Virus record (IMG/VR): IMGVR_UViG_3300032303_002590
Source: a virus
Taxonomy: Duplodnaviria > Caudoviricetes
Reading direction: 5' to 3' (one strand)
DNA: 64,000 nt
Shown here: positions 18,869 to 27,657 of the stretch, piece by piece
How the letters are laid out: every line of letters starts with the position of its first letter
How positions within the stretch are numbered: position 1 is the stretch's first letter
Translations under genes and position numbers: made by a program
Notes under the pieces: model-generated
The model's input: only the letters and a program-made list of their open reading frames with translations
Told to the model about the DNA's origin: nothing
Databases searched by the model: none

Positions 18869-18876
18869 TATTTATA
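18869..18876 (+). promoter_or_regulatory. Late-promoter-like TATTTATA
   Basis: Upstream of terminase. Confidence 0.6.
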
Positions 18877-18890
18877 TAGAAACATATTAT

Positions 18891-20492
18891 ATGAGTGAGC
18901 AACAAGCTATGCCATTAAAGGAAATGATAAAACAGGAATGGGTAAGATGTGCTCAAGATCCTGTGTACTTCATGAAAAAATATTACTGGATTCAACACCC
19001 ACAAAGAGGTAGAATCCAATTTAACCTTTTCCCATTCCAAGAAAAGGTATTACACCAATTACAAAAGAACGAGTATACAATTATCAATAAATCTCGTCAG
19101 TTAGGTATATCAACACTAGCTTCAGCTTATGCTTTATGGTTAATGTTATTTAATAAAGATAAAAACGTACTGTGTATTGCAACTAAGCAGGAAACTGCTA
19201 AAAACATGGTAACTAAAGTACGTTTTGGATACGATAACTTACCTAAATGGTTAAAAACAAGTGATAAACCATCAGAGAATAATAAGTTATCACTTAAATT
19301 AACTAACGGATCACAGATTAAAGCAGTTGGTGCTACAGCGGATGCTGGTCGTTCAGAAGCCGTTTCTTTTCTTATTATTGATGAGGCTGCTTTTATTGAA
19401 GGTATTGATGAGATTTTTGCTTCAGCACAACAAACCTTAGCTACTGGAGGGCAATGTTTAGCATTATCTACACCTTATGGTACAGGTAACTGGTTTCACA
19501 AATCCTTTACTAAAGCACAAGCTAGAGAAAATAAATTTGTTCCATTATCTTTACCTTGGACCGTTCACCCTGAACGAGATCAAGTATGGAGAGATGCTCA
19601 AGATGAAATCTTAGGACTAAGACACGCATCACAAGAGTGTGACTGTAATTTCAGTACATCAGGGGATACTGTTATTGAACCAGATTTACTTAACTTTTAT
19701 GAATCTACCTTCATTTCAGAACCAATGGAAAGAAGAGGAGCAGGAGGAGATTTATGGATTTGGGAATTACCTGATTATTCAAAATCATATATGGTAATAG
19801 CCGACGTTGCTAGAGGAGATGCTACGGATTACTCAGCGTTTCATGTTTTTGATGTAGCTGAAGCCAAACAAGTAGCTGAATTTAAATCCCAAGTACAAAC
19901 AAAAGATTACGCTAATATATTATTTTCAATTGCAACTGAATATAATGATGCTTTATTAGTAGTAGAAAATGCTAATATTGGATGGAGTGTAATAGAAACT
20001 TTAATAGACAGAGGTTATAGAAATTTATACTATTCCTCAAAAGCCGATACCACAATGGGTGCTAATGAAAATCAATTAGCAAGAATGGAAAACGGTCAAG
20101 GTATGATACCAGGTTTTACAACTTCAATGAAAACAAGACCACTTTGTATTTCAAAATTAGTTTCCTATATACAAGAAAGATCAGTTATTTTTCAATCTAA
20201 AAGACTAATGGATGAATTGAGAGTATTCGTTTGGAAGAACGGAAAAGCTCAGTCCCAATCAGGTTACAACGATGACTTGGTAATGGCGTTTTCCATTGGT
20301 TTATTCCTGAGAGACACCGCATTACGCTTCAGACAACAAGGTATAGAATTAACTAGAGCAACTTTAGGAAGTTTCCATACTAGTACACAACAAGCACCTG
20401 GTATTTTTTCTTATAACTCTCAAGTTGATAATCCATATCAAATGAAAGACAGTATGGGGAATACCGAAGACTTAAATTGGCTTCTTGGTTAA
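18891..20492 (+). CDS. terL: Terminase large subunit (T4 gp17-like)
   Basis: LFPFQ, KSRQLGIST, IIDEAAF, LSTPYG, ADVARG, YNDDLVMA. Confidence 0.95.
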   Translation: MSEQQAMPLKEMIKQEWVRCAQDPVYFMKKYYWIQHPQRGRIQFNLFPFQEKVLHQLQKNEYTIINKSRQLGISTLASAYALWLMLFNKDKNVLCIATKQETAKNMVTKVRFGYDNLPKWLKTSDKPSENNKLSLKLTNGSQIKAVGATADAGRSEAVSFLIIDEAAFIEGIDEIFASAQQTLATGGQCLALSTPYGTGNWFHKSFTKAQARENKFVPLSLPWTVHPERDQVWRDAQDEILGLRHASQECDCNFSTSGDTVIEPDLLNFYESTFISEPMERRGAGGDLWIWELPDYSKSYMVIADVARGDATDYSAFHVFDVAEAKQVAEFKSQVQTKDYANILFSIATEYNDALLVVENANIGWSVIETLIDRGYRNLYYSSKADTTMGANENQLARMENGQGMIPGFTTSMKTRPLCISKLVSYIQERSVIFQSKRLMDELRVFVWKNGKAQSQSGYNDDLVMAFSIGLFLRDTALRFRQQGIELTRATLGSFHTSTQQAPGIFSYNSQVDNPYQMKDSMGNTEDLNWLLG

Positions 20493-20500
20493 AAAACAAA

Positions 20501-20508
20501 TATTTATA
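20501..20508 (+). promoter_or_regulatory. Late-promoter-like TATTTATA
   Basis: Upstream of portal. Confidence 0.6.
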
Positions 20509-20525
20509 ATATATAATAGAATTTT

Positions 20526-22454
20526 ATGGTAGATACTTCATTTTTTGGTAGATTACAACGATTATTTTCAACAGACGTAGTAATAAGAAACGTTGGGGGT
20601 AACCAATTAAAAGTAATGGATACTGATCGTATTCAACAGCTTGGTACTATCCAAACAAACTCACTTTTTGACAGATACAATAAGGTTTATACTACAACAG
20701 GTGGTTTAAACTTCAACTTTAATAGCGATTTAACATATCCAACTACTCGTATCCAGTTGTATACTGATTATGAAATGATGGATAGTGATTCTATTATTGC
20801 TTCTACATTAGATGTATTAGCTGATGAGACTTGTTTAAGAAATGATATGGGAGAAGTATTACAAATACGTTCTTCTGATGAAACTGTTCAAAAGATATTA
20901 TATAACTTATTTTACGATATATTAAATATTGAATTTAATCTTTGGTCATGGACTCGTAATATGTGTAAATATGGAGATTTTTATCTAAAATTAGAAATAT
21001 CAGAAAAATTTGGTATTTTTAATGTAATACCATTCTCTTCTTATTCTATTATTAGATTAGAAGGTAGAAACCCAGAAAAACCACAAGAAGTAAAATTTAG
21101 ATACGATCCTACCTTTACATCACAACAATCACCTAACGGACCTACAGTAATGTCTTCATATACTCGTAATAATAGTGAAGCTATTGTATTTGATAATTAT
21201 GAAATGGCTCACTTCAGATTATTATCTGATTTTAACTATTTACCTTATGGTAGATCATATATTGAACCTGCTCGTAAAGTATTTAAACAATTAATGTTAC
21301 TAGAAGATGCGATGCTTATACATCGTATTGTTAGAGCACCTGAAAAACGTACTTTCTTTATTAATGTTGGTAATATTCCACCAAACGAGGTAGAAAACTA
21401 TATGCAGAAAACCATCAATAAGATGAAAAAAACTCCATATATGGATCCTCAAACAGGTGAGTATAACTTAAAATTTAATATGCAAAACATATTAGAAGAT
21501 TTCTATATACCAGTTAGAGGAGGAGATACAACAACTAAAATTGAAACTACAAAAGGTTTAGATTATACTGCAATTGAGGATGTTGAATACTTAAAAAATA
21601 AATTATTTGCTGCCTTAAAAATACCAAAAGCATATTTAGGATATGAAAGTGATTTAACAGGTAAAGCAACTCTTGCAGCAGAAGATATTCGTTTTGCTCG
21701 TACAGTAGAAAGATTACAAAAAATACTAATCTCAGAATTAACAAAAATTGCTTTAGTTCACTTATATTCACAAGGATATGATGGAGAAGCATTAACTAAT
21801 TTTGAATTATCATTAACTGTTCCATCTATCATATACGAACAGGAAAAAATTGCTTTATTAAAAGAAAAATCTGCATTAGCTACTGAGTTAATACAAAATA
21901 AAATTGTTCCAACTGATTGGGTTTATGATCATATATTTAACTTTAGTGAAAACGAATACGATGAGTATAGAGATCTAATTATAGAAGATGCTAAACGTAA
22001 ATTTAGAATTGATCAAATTGAAACTGAAGGAAATGATCCATCTAAAACAGGTGAAGCATATGGTACACCACACTCATTAGCATCACTTTATGGTTCAGGT
22101 AGATATCCAGGTACTAATGGTGTGCCAAAAGGATATGATGAAGATGGTGATACTTACCCTGATCAAATTTTAGGTAGACCAAAAGAAAAAGCATCAAATA
22201 TTAATACACAAGAAAATCCATTTGGTAAAGATAGATTAGGTAGAGATGGTATGAAGAATGGAGATAATGAAGCTAAAGGATTTAGAACTGCATATAAAGG
22301 TGGGTCTCCATTAGCATTAGAAAATGCAAGTACACAAGCAGTGTATCATCAAATCTCAAGTAATTTAAAAAATATGTTCCCACAACGTAAAGTAAGTTTA
22401 TTTGAAGAAAGTGACTTATTAAATGAGAATAACCTTCTAAAAGAAGACAAATAA
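20526..22454 (+). CDS. Portal protein (T4 gp20-like)
   Basis: LLEDAMLIHRIVRAPEKR, LEDFYIPVRGG, LFAALKIPK, EDIRFAR; follows TerL. Confidence 0.93.
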   Translation: MVDTSFFGRLQRLFSTDVVIRNVGGNQLKVMDTDRIQQLGTIQTNSLFDRYNKVYTTTGGLNFNFNSDLTYPTTRIQLYTDYEMMDSDSIIASTLDVLADETCLRNDMGEVLQIRSSDETVQKILYNLFYDILNIEFNLWSWTRNMCKYGDFYLKLEISEKFGIFNVIPFSSYSIIRLEGRNPEKPQEVKFRYDPTFTSQQSPNGPTVMSSYTRNNSEAIVFDNYEMAHFRLLSDFNYLPYGRSYIEPARKVFKQLMLLEDAMLIHRIVRAPEKRTFFINVGNIPPNEVENYMQKTINKMKKTPYMDPQTGEYNLKFNMQNILEDFYIPVRGGDTTTKIETTKGLDYTAIEDVEYLKNKLFAALKIPKAYLGYESDLTGKATLAAEDIRFARTVERLQKILISELTKIALVHLYSQGYDGEALTNFELSLTVPSIIYEQEKIALLKEKSALATELIQNKIVPTDWVYDHIFNFSENEYDEYRDLIIEDAKRKFRIDQIETEGNDPSKTGEAYGTPHSLASLYGSGRYPGTNGVPKGYDEDGDTYPDQILGRPKEKASNINTQENPFGKDRLGRDGMKNGDNEAKGFRTAYKGGSPLALENASTQAVYHQISSNLKNMFPQRKVSLFEESDLLNENNLLKEDK

Positions 22455-22460
22455 AATCAA

Positions 22461-22468
22461 TATTTATA
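22461..22468 (+). promoter_or_regulatory. Late-promoter-like TATTTATA
   Basis: Recurrent motif. Confidence 0.6.
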
Positions 22469-22495
22469 ATTAGTAGTTAAATATATTTTGAATAA

Positions 22496-23356
22496 ATGGC
22501 TAATATAAAGCACAACAAATATAAAAATACTGGGATCCTATTTGAATTACTTGTAAGAAAAATTACAGCTGATACAATGTCCAGTCATGATTCTAAGGCT
22601 GTTTCTTTGATTAAAAAGTATTTTGTGAATACTGAATTATCTAAAGAAAATAAATTGTATCAATCGATATCTAAATCCCAAAGTATTAGTGAAGCTCAAG
22701 CTGATTCAATCCTTTCAACCATCTTAGAAGTAAACAAAACTTTAGATAGAACTAAAATATCAAAAGAAAAATATAATTTAATTAAAGAAATTAAATCTAA
22801 TTTTGATATTGATGATTTTTTTAAAGCTAAAATTAATAATTACAAATTATTATCTTCCACTTATACATTATTAGAAGCTAGTTTAGCACCATCTAAATTT
22901 TTAGATGATATTCTTTCTGCTAAAATGAATATTTTAGAGAATATAGCACAAACTAACGCTATAAGTGTTCCACAACCCACAGTAAGTGAGTTTGAAACAT
23001 TAGATAAAGGAACTCGTGCTTTAGTTTATAAAATAATGTTAGAAAAATTCAATGACAGATTTAATACATTATCTGATGATCAGAAAGAAGTATTAAAAGA
23101 GTACATTAATAATATTTCTAACACTACCAATTTAAAAAAATACGTGGATACTAAATTCACATCATTAAAAGAATCTCTTTTAAAACTTTTACCTACAATA
23201 GAGGACGCTACAATTAAAATTAAAGTGAATGAGACAATAAATCTTATTAACCCTATTTTAGAATCTAAAGTTATAAAAGACGATAATATAGTTGCATTAT
23301 TACAATATCAAGAACTACATAGTGAATTAACAAAAATTCATAATGCAAATAGATAA
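22496..23356 (+). CDS. Head-module hypothetical protein
   Basis: KHNKYKNTGILFELL N-terminus; lies between portal and protease. Confidence 0.6.
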   Translation: MANIKHNKYKNTGILFELLVRKITADTMSSHDSKAVSLIKKYFVNTELSKENKLYQSISKSQSISEAQADSILSTILEVNKTLDRTKISKEKYNLIKEIKSNFDIDDFFKAKINNYKLLSSTYTLLEASLAPSKFLDDILSAKMNILENIAQTNAISVPQPTVSEFETLDKGTRALVYKIMLEKFNDRFNTLSDDQKEVLKEYINNISNTTNLKKYVDTKFTSLKESLLKLLPTIEDATIKIKVNETINLINPILESKVIKDDNIVALLQYQELHSELTKIHNANR

Positions 23357-24077
23357 ATTAAAAGAATTAGTACTAAAACATCTAGCTGAACTTCTTGATG
23401 AAGAATCAGCTTCTGGTGACGCTGGAGGTTATTTAGGAATTAAAGCTTTTAAACCTAAATACGAAGCAGTTAATAAAGTATTTAATCGTAATCCTGCCCG
23501 TCCTAAAACAGCACAAGATACTAATTCACCTGCTGGATTTGAATCAATGCCTGATTCAGCTAAAGTTTATATAAAAGGTGGATTTAAAGTAGTTAAACCT
23601 GAAGAAAGAATTGATGCTAAGGATTTATGGAAAGGACAGCATTTAAATGAAGAAGAAAGAATAGCACATGCTCGTAAACACTCCTTTAAAAAACCTACAA
23701 AACAACATGAAACCTCTAAATCAGGACATGAAGATTTACCAAACCCCGATAAATATTTTGAACTAGTGAAATTTAAAATTGTAGATCCTAAGAAAACTAA
23801 AAAGAAAGAAGAACCACTTAATGAAGTTCGTTATTCTCAATTTAAATCTCAATCTAAAACTCGTACACCTCAAGAGCAATTACATATGGGTGTTAAACAA
23901 ATTCAACATAAATTAGATGAAATTAATAAATTAGTTGAGTTTGCTACTAGAATGAAAACTGAATTAAAAGGTGATGCTGATCAAATGAACTACTTAAAAC
24001 GTACTCATAATGCATTGTTTAAAATAAACGAAAGAATACAAGATATTAATAATAAAATAAAAGGTTTAACTGAATAA
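23343..24077 (+). CDS. Putative prohead core/internal protein
   Basis: LAELLDEES leader; internal HLNEE and PLNEV. Confidence 0.5.
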   Translation: MQIDKLKELVLKHLAELLDEESASGDAGGYLGIKAFKPKYEAVNKVFNRNPARPKTAQDTNSPAGFESMPDSAKVYIKGGFKVVKPEERIDAKDLWKGQHLNEEERIAHARKHSFKKPTKQHETSKSGHEDLPNPDKYFELVKFKIVDPKKTKKKEEPLNEVRYSQFKSQSKTRTPQEQLHMGVKQIQHKLDEINKLVEFATRMKTELKGDADQMNYLKRTHNALFKINERIQDINNKIKGLTE

Positions 24078-24223
24078 TGGCAGCAAAAGTAAAAGCAGCT
24101 TCATCTACTACTAAAGTAGAAAAAGTTAAGGTAAAAAGACCTGGTGTTCACTCTAAAAGTAAAACATCAAAGTTAAAAAATTCTAAGAATTACAAAAAAC
24201 TATACAGAGGGCAAGGTAAATAA
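24077..24223 (+). CDS. Small very basic protein (48 aa) ending KKLYRGQGK, not in the ORF track
   Basis: TAATG coupling; the YRGQG ending resembles small T4-like phage proteins. Confidence 0.7.
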   Translation: MAAKVKAASSTTKVEKVKVKRPGVHSKSKTSKLKNSKNYKKLYRGQGK

Positions 24224-24226
24224 AAA

Positions 24227-24234
24227 TATTTATA
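24227..24234 (+). promoter_or_regulatory. Late-promoter-like TATTTATA, only 3 nt before the ATG
   Basis: Recurrent motif. Confidence 0.5.
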
Positions 24235-24237
24235 CAC

Positions 24238-25794
24238 ATGACAGTTCAAAACTTATACACACAATACCTAGATGGTAAGGTAACCAAACAAAAATTTCTT
24301 TACGAAGTACGTAGAGACCAAAACCTTACTATGATATCCCCAACTAACTCATTTGATGATGTTATTAAGATATTAAAAAACAAATCTATAATTTCAGAAA
24401 AGGCTTCTAAAGAGTCTAAACAATCAACTGGAAAACAAGAAGTAGATATTATATCTAAAACTATTGATATGGTTAATCCATATGAATATGCTAGAGGTAT
24501 GGATTATGAACTTAATATTATAGATGTACCTGTAACTTCTGGAGATTTACATACAGATAATGTACTTAGAGCTCAGAAAAAAGTATTAGCTAATCTTACT
24601 AAAAATCCTCAATATTATTTTGAAAAATTATATGGTAAAGATAAATTTGACGGTGATGAAACTGTTGAAATTAATAAAAAATCAACTGATGCTATTGGTA
24701 AAGGTAAAAATGCTAAGATAATTAGAGAAGTAACCGACGCTCAAGAAAAGTACAGAGTAAAACCATCTGCAAAACCAACACAATTTAAACAAGATATTGC
24801 AGCAGCTAAGAAAATGATTAATGCTGGGAAATCTGAAAAAGAAGTAGTAGCAAAATATGGTCAAGCCGCTTTTAATGCCGTAAATGCACAAAACTTAGGA
24901 GAAGGAAATTTAGGTCATAATGAAAAATCTAGTATTCATCAAGAAGGAGGTTCTTGGATAGTTACCTATAAAAAAGATGGTACAAAAGAAAAAGTATTTA
25001 AATCTGAAGCAGAAGCTAAAAAATTCCAAAATAGTTTAGATGAAGGATTAGAAGGAGATCATATTACAAAAGAAGATATAGCAAATGAACTTTCTAACAG
25101 AGGAGCTAGTGATTCTGAAATAAACCAATATCTTGATTCATTAGAAAGATCAAATGATAAATTTGAAACACTAGAAGACTATGTTGAAGACTTTTTAAAC
25201 TATGTTGCTGATAAAAGTTTAAATGAAAGCTACAATCCATTCCCAATGAATGAAGACCAAGAAGCAGTATTAAAAAGATATGCTGAATCAACTGGTATAG
25301 CTTTTGAAAACCTATTAAACATGGTTGCTGAAGCTAAAGCAAAAAAAAAAGCTAAAAAAGACTATGATGGTAATGGTAAAATAGAATCACCTGAAGAAGA
25401 ATATAAAGGCTCTCGTGATAAAGCTATAAAACAAGCTATTGGTGAAGATATAGATTTAGGTCACCAAGATAACGAACCACATATGGTTAAAGCTGATTTG
25501 TATCAAATAGCTAAACAAGCATCTGAATTATATAAAATAATTGATTCTGTAGATAATATGGGAGAAGTTGATTTTCCTAGCTGGTGGCAAGCAAAAATAA
25601 CTTTAGCTAAAAGTTACTTAGAAGGAGCAAAAGATTATTTAGAAAGTGCTTTAGCAACAGGTAATGAAGAAGGAGAATTAGCAGAAAACGAAACTCCAGA
25701 AGAAGCTAAAGCTAGAACTTTAGAATTACAAGCTGAAAAAGCTAAAATAGCAGCATCGCAGAAAAAAATATCTGATCTTAATCAAGGAAGATAA
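24238..25794 (+). CDS. Putative internal head polyprotein
   Basis: Many (L/I/M)-x-E junctions; DYDGNGKIES and GHQDNEPHM...WWQAKI modules. Confidence 0.5.
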   Translation: MTVQNLYTQYLDGKVTKQKFLYEVRRDQNLTMISPTNSFDDVIKILKNKSIISEKASKESKQSTGKQEVDIISKTIDMVNPYEYARGMDYELNIIDVPVTSGDLHTDNVLRAQKKVLANLTKNPQYYFEKLYGKDKFDGDETVEINKKSTDAIGKGKNAKIIREVTDAQEKYRVKPSAKPTQFKQDIAAAKKMINAGKSEKEVVAKYGQAAFNAVNAQNLGEGNLGHNEKSSIHQEGGSWIVTYKKDGTKEKVFKSEAEAKKFQNSLDEGLEGDHITKEDIANELSNRGASDSEINQYLDSLERSNDKFETLEDYVEDFLNYVADKSLNESYNPFPMNEDQEAVLKRYAESTGIAFENLLNMVAEAKAKKKAKKDYDGNGKIESPEEEYKGSRDKAIKQAIGEDIDLGHQDNEPHMVKADLYQIAKQASELYKIIDSVDNMGEVDFPSWWQAKITLAKSYLEGAKDYLESALATGNEEGELAENETPEEAKARTLELQAEKAKIAASQKKISDLNQGR

Positions 25795-25796
25795 TC

Positions 25797-26414
25797 ATGA
25801 GTAAATCACTATTAATAGAATACGCTTTATTTACACCTAAATCTGCAGTACTAACTGAAGGTAAAGGTGATAGAAACTTAATGGTTGAAGGTGTTATTCA
25901 AAGAGCAGATGCTAAAAATCAAAATGGTAGAGTTTACCCAAAAACTATCTTAGCACGTGAAGTTGAAAGATATATTGATGGACCAGTTGCTGAAAATAGA
26001 GCATTAGGTGAATTAGATCATCCTGAATCAATGGTTATTAACCTAAAAAATGTATCTCATAACATTAAACAATTATGGTGGAATGGAGATGATTTAATGG
26101 GTAAAGTAGAAGTATTACCAACACCTTCAGGTAACATCTTAAAAGAATTATTCTTAAATAACATTACAGTAGGTATCTCTTCTCGTGGTATGGGTTCAGT
26201 TCAATCATTAGGAGAAGGTACAGTTGAAGTACAAGATGATTTTGAATTATTATGTTGGGATTTTGTTTCTACCCCATCAACACAAGGTGCTTTTATGACT
26301 CCAACAGGATTAAGCGAAGGATACAAACCACAACAAACAAGTAAATACTCAAAAATTAATACTCTAGTATCAGACATTATCTGCTCTCAATCAGGTGTAT
26401 GCTGTATTAGATAA
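25797..26414 (+). CDS. Prohead protease (T4 gp21-like)
   Basis: NQNGRVYP, ALGELDHP, GISSRGMGS, WDFVSTPST. Confidence 0.93.
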   Translation: MSKSLLIEYALFTPKSAVLTEGKGDRNLMVEGVIQRADAKNQNGRVYPKTILAREVERYIDGPVAENRALGELDHPESMVINLKNVSHNIKQLWWNGDDLMGKVEVLPTPSGNILKELFLNNITVGISSRGMGSVQSLGEGTVEVQDDFELLCWDFVSTPSTQGAFMTPTGLSEGYKPQQTSKYSKINTLVSDIICSQSGVCCIR

Positions 26415-26453
26415 CAATACTCTCCCGATTTTACAAGTCTATTGTAAAAGACT

Positions 26454-26483
26454 AATGCACTCCCTAAAAAGAGTGCATTTTTT
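26454..26483 (+). terminator. Rho-independent terminator
   Basis: AATGCACTC-8nt-GAGTGCATT-TTTT. Confidence 0.75.
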
Positions 26484-26496
26484 ATCTCCCTGCATA

Positions 26497-26504
26497 TATT
26501 TATG
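26497..26504 (+). promoter_or_regulatory. Late-promoter-like TATTTATG
   Basis: After the terminator, about 100 nt before the scaffold ATG. Confidence 0.55.
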
Positions 26505-26517
26505 ACCGTCTTATGAT

Positions 26518-26580
26518 AGATTATCTCAATATAATCTCCCTCAATATAAAAAAATTCTATATTACTTCTCAATAAGTAAT
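26518..26580 (+). promoter_or_regulatory. Leader element: two 7-bp hairpins with identical CUCAAU loops plus a central CUCAAU
   Basis: AGATTAT-CTCAAT-ATAATCT (26518-37), CTCAAT (26540-45), ATTACTT-CTCAAT-AAGTAAT (26561-80). Confidence 0.65.
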
Positions 26581-26602
26581 CAAAACAATCACAAAAAACA
26601 TT

Positions 26603-27619
26603 ATGGCAAACGAAAACACTAAAATCTTTAGTGAAGCAATCGCTGAAGCAAAGGCTATTAGAGAAACAGCTATGGTTAATGCAAAACTTGCTCTAGAAGA
26701 AGCTTTTACTCCTCGTATTCAAGAAATGATGAACAATAAGTTATCATCAATGGCTGAAGACGATGAATTGGAAGAAGATTCTCACACAAAAAATGGCGCA
26801 GCGCCAGAAGATCAAATGGATGAAATTTCATTGGAAGAACTTTTAGCTGAATTAGAAGGTCTTGAAGAAACTTCAGGATACGCTAATGACCCAGAAGACA
26901 AAGACACTTACATGAGTAATGATGGGTACGAAAAAGTATCATCTAAAAAAGGAGTAAACGATCCTTACATGGAAGAAAACGAAATTTTTGAAGAAGCTGA
27001 AGATGACGACACCGTAGCTGAAATTACAGTTGATGATTTAAAAGATATCATCAGAAATGTAGTAGCAGATCTAATGGGTGGTCCAGAAAGCGAAGAAAAT
27101 GACGAAGGTGAAGGCGAACCAGGTCACGAAGAAGGAGAAACTCCTGAAGAAGAAGCTGGTGAAGGTGAAAAAGAACTAAGTTTAGAAGAAATTTTAGCTG
27201 AACTTGAAGAAGATTCAGATATGGATGCTTCAGAAATGGCAGGTGAGCTTCAAAATGAAGAACTTGAAGAAGCTATGTCAACTATTGCTACTTTACGTTC
27301 TGAATTAAACGAAGTTAATCTTTTAAATTCTAAATTACTTTACGTTAACAAGTTGTTTAAATCTAAAAACTTAACAGAAGCTCAAAAAGTAAAAGTAATC
27401 AACGCTTTCGATAGAGCTGAAACAGTTAAAGAGTCTAAAAACATCTATGAAACGTTACAAGAATCATTAACAACAACATCTTCAACTTCTAACACTAAGT
27501 CTCAAATCAAAGAATCTCTTTCATTTGCTTCTAAAGCATCAGGAGTTGCTGACAGAAAACCAATCGTTGAAAACAACGATTTTGTAAAAAGAATGCAACA
27601 ACTTGCAGGAATTATTTAA
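26603..27619 (+). CDS. Prohead scaffold/core protein (T4 gp22-like)
   Basis: Highly acidic coiled coil with many L-x-E sites; between protease and major capsid protein. Confidence 0.85.
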   Translation: MANENTKIFSEAIAEAKAIRETAMVNAKLALEEAFTPRIQEMMNNKLSSMAEDDELEEDSHTKNGAAPEDQMDEISLEELLAELEGLEETSGYANDPEDKDTYMSNDGYEKVSSKKGVNDPYMEENEIFEEAEDDDTVAEITVDDLKDIIRNVVADLMGGPESEENDEGEGEPGHEEGETPEEEAGEGEKELSLEEILAELEEDSDMDASEMAGELQNEELEEAMSTIATLRSELNEVNLLNSKLLYVNKLFKSKNLTEAQKVKVINAFDRAETVKESKNIYETLQESLTTTSSTSNTKSQIKESLSFASKASGVADRKPIVENNDFVKRMQQLAGII

Positions 27620-27657
27620 AAAAATTAAAAACAACAAAAATCTAAAATTACATTATT

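Noticed and set aside
26415-26602. tRNA or known structured RNA gene in the longest intergenic gap
   Set aside because: No cloverleaf or T-loop signature; the gap is explained by a terminator, a late motif and leader hairpins.
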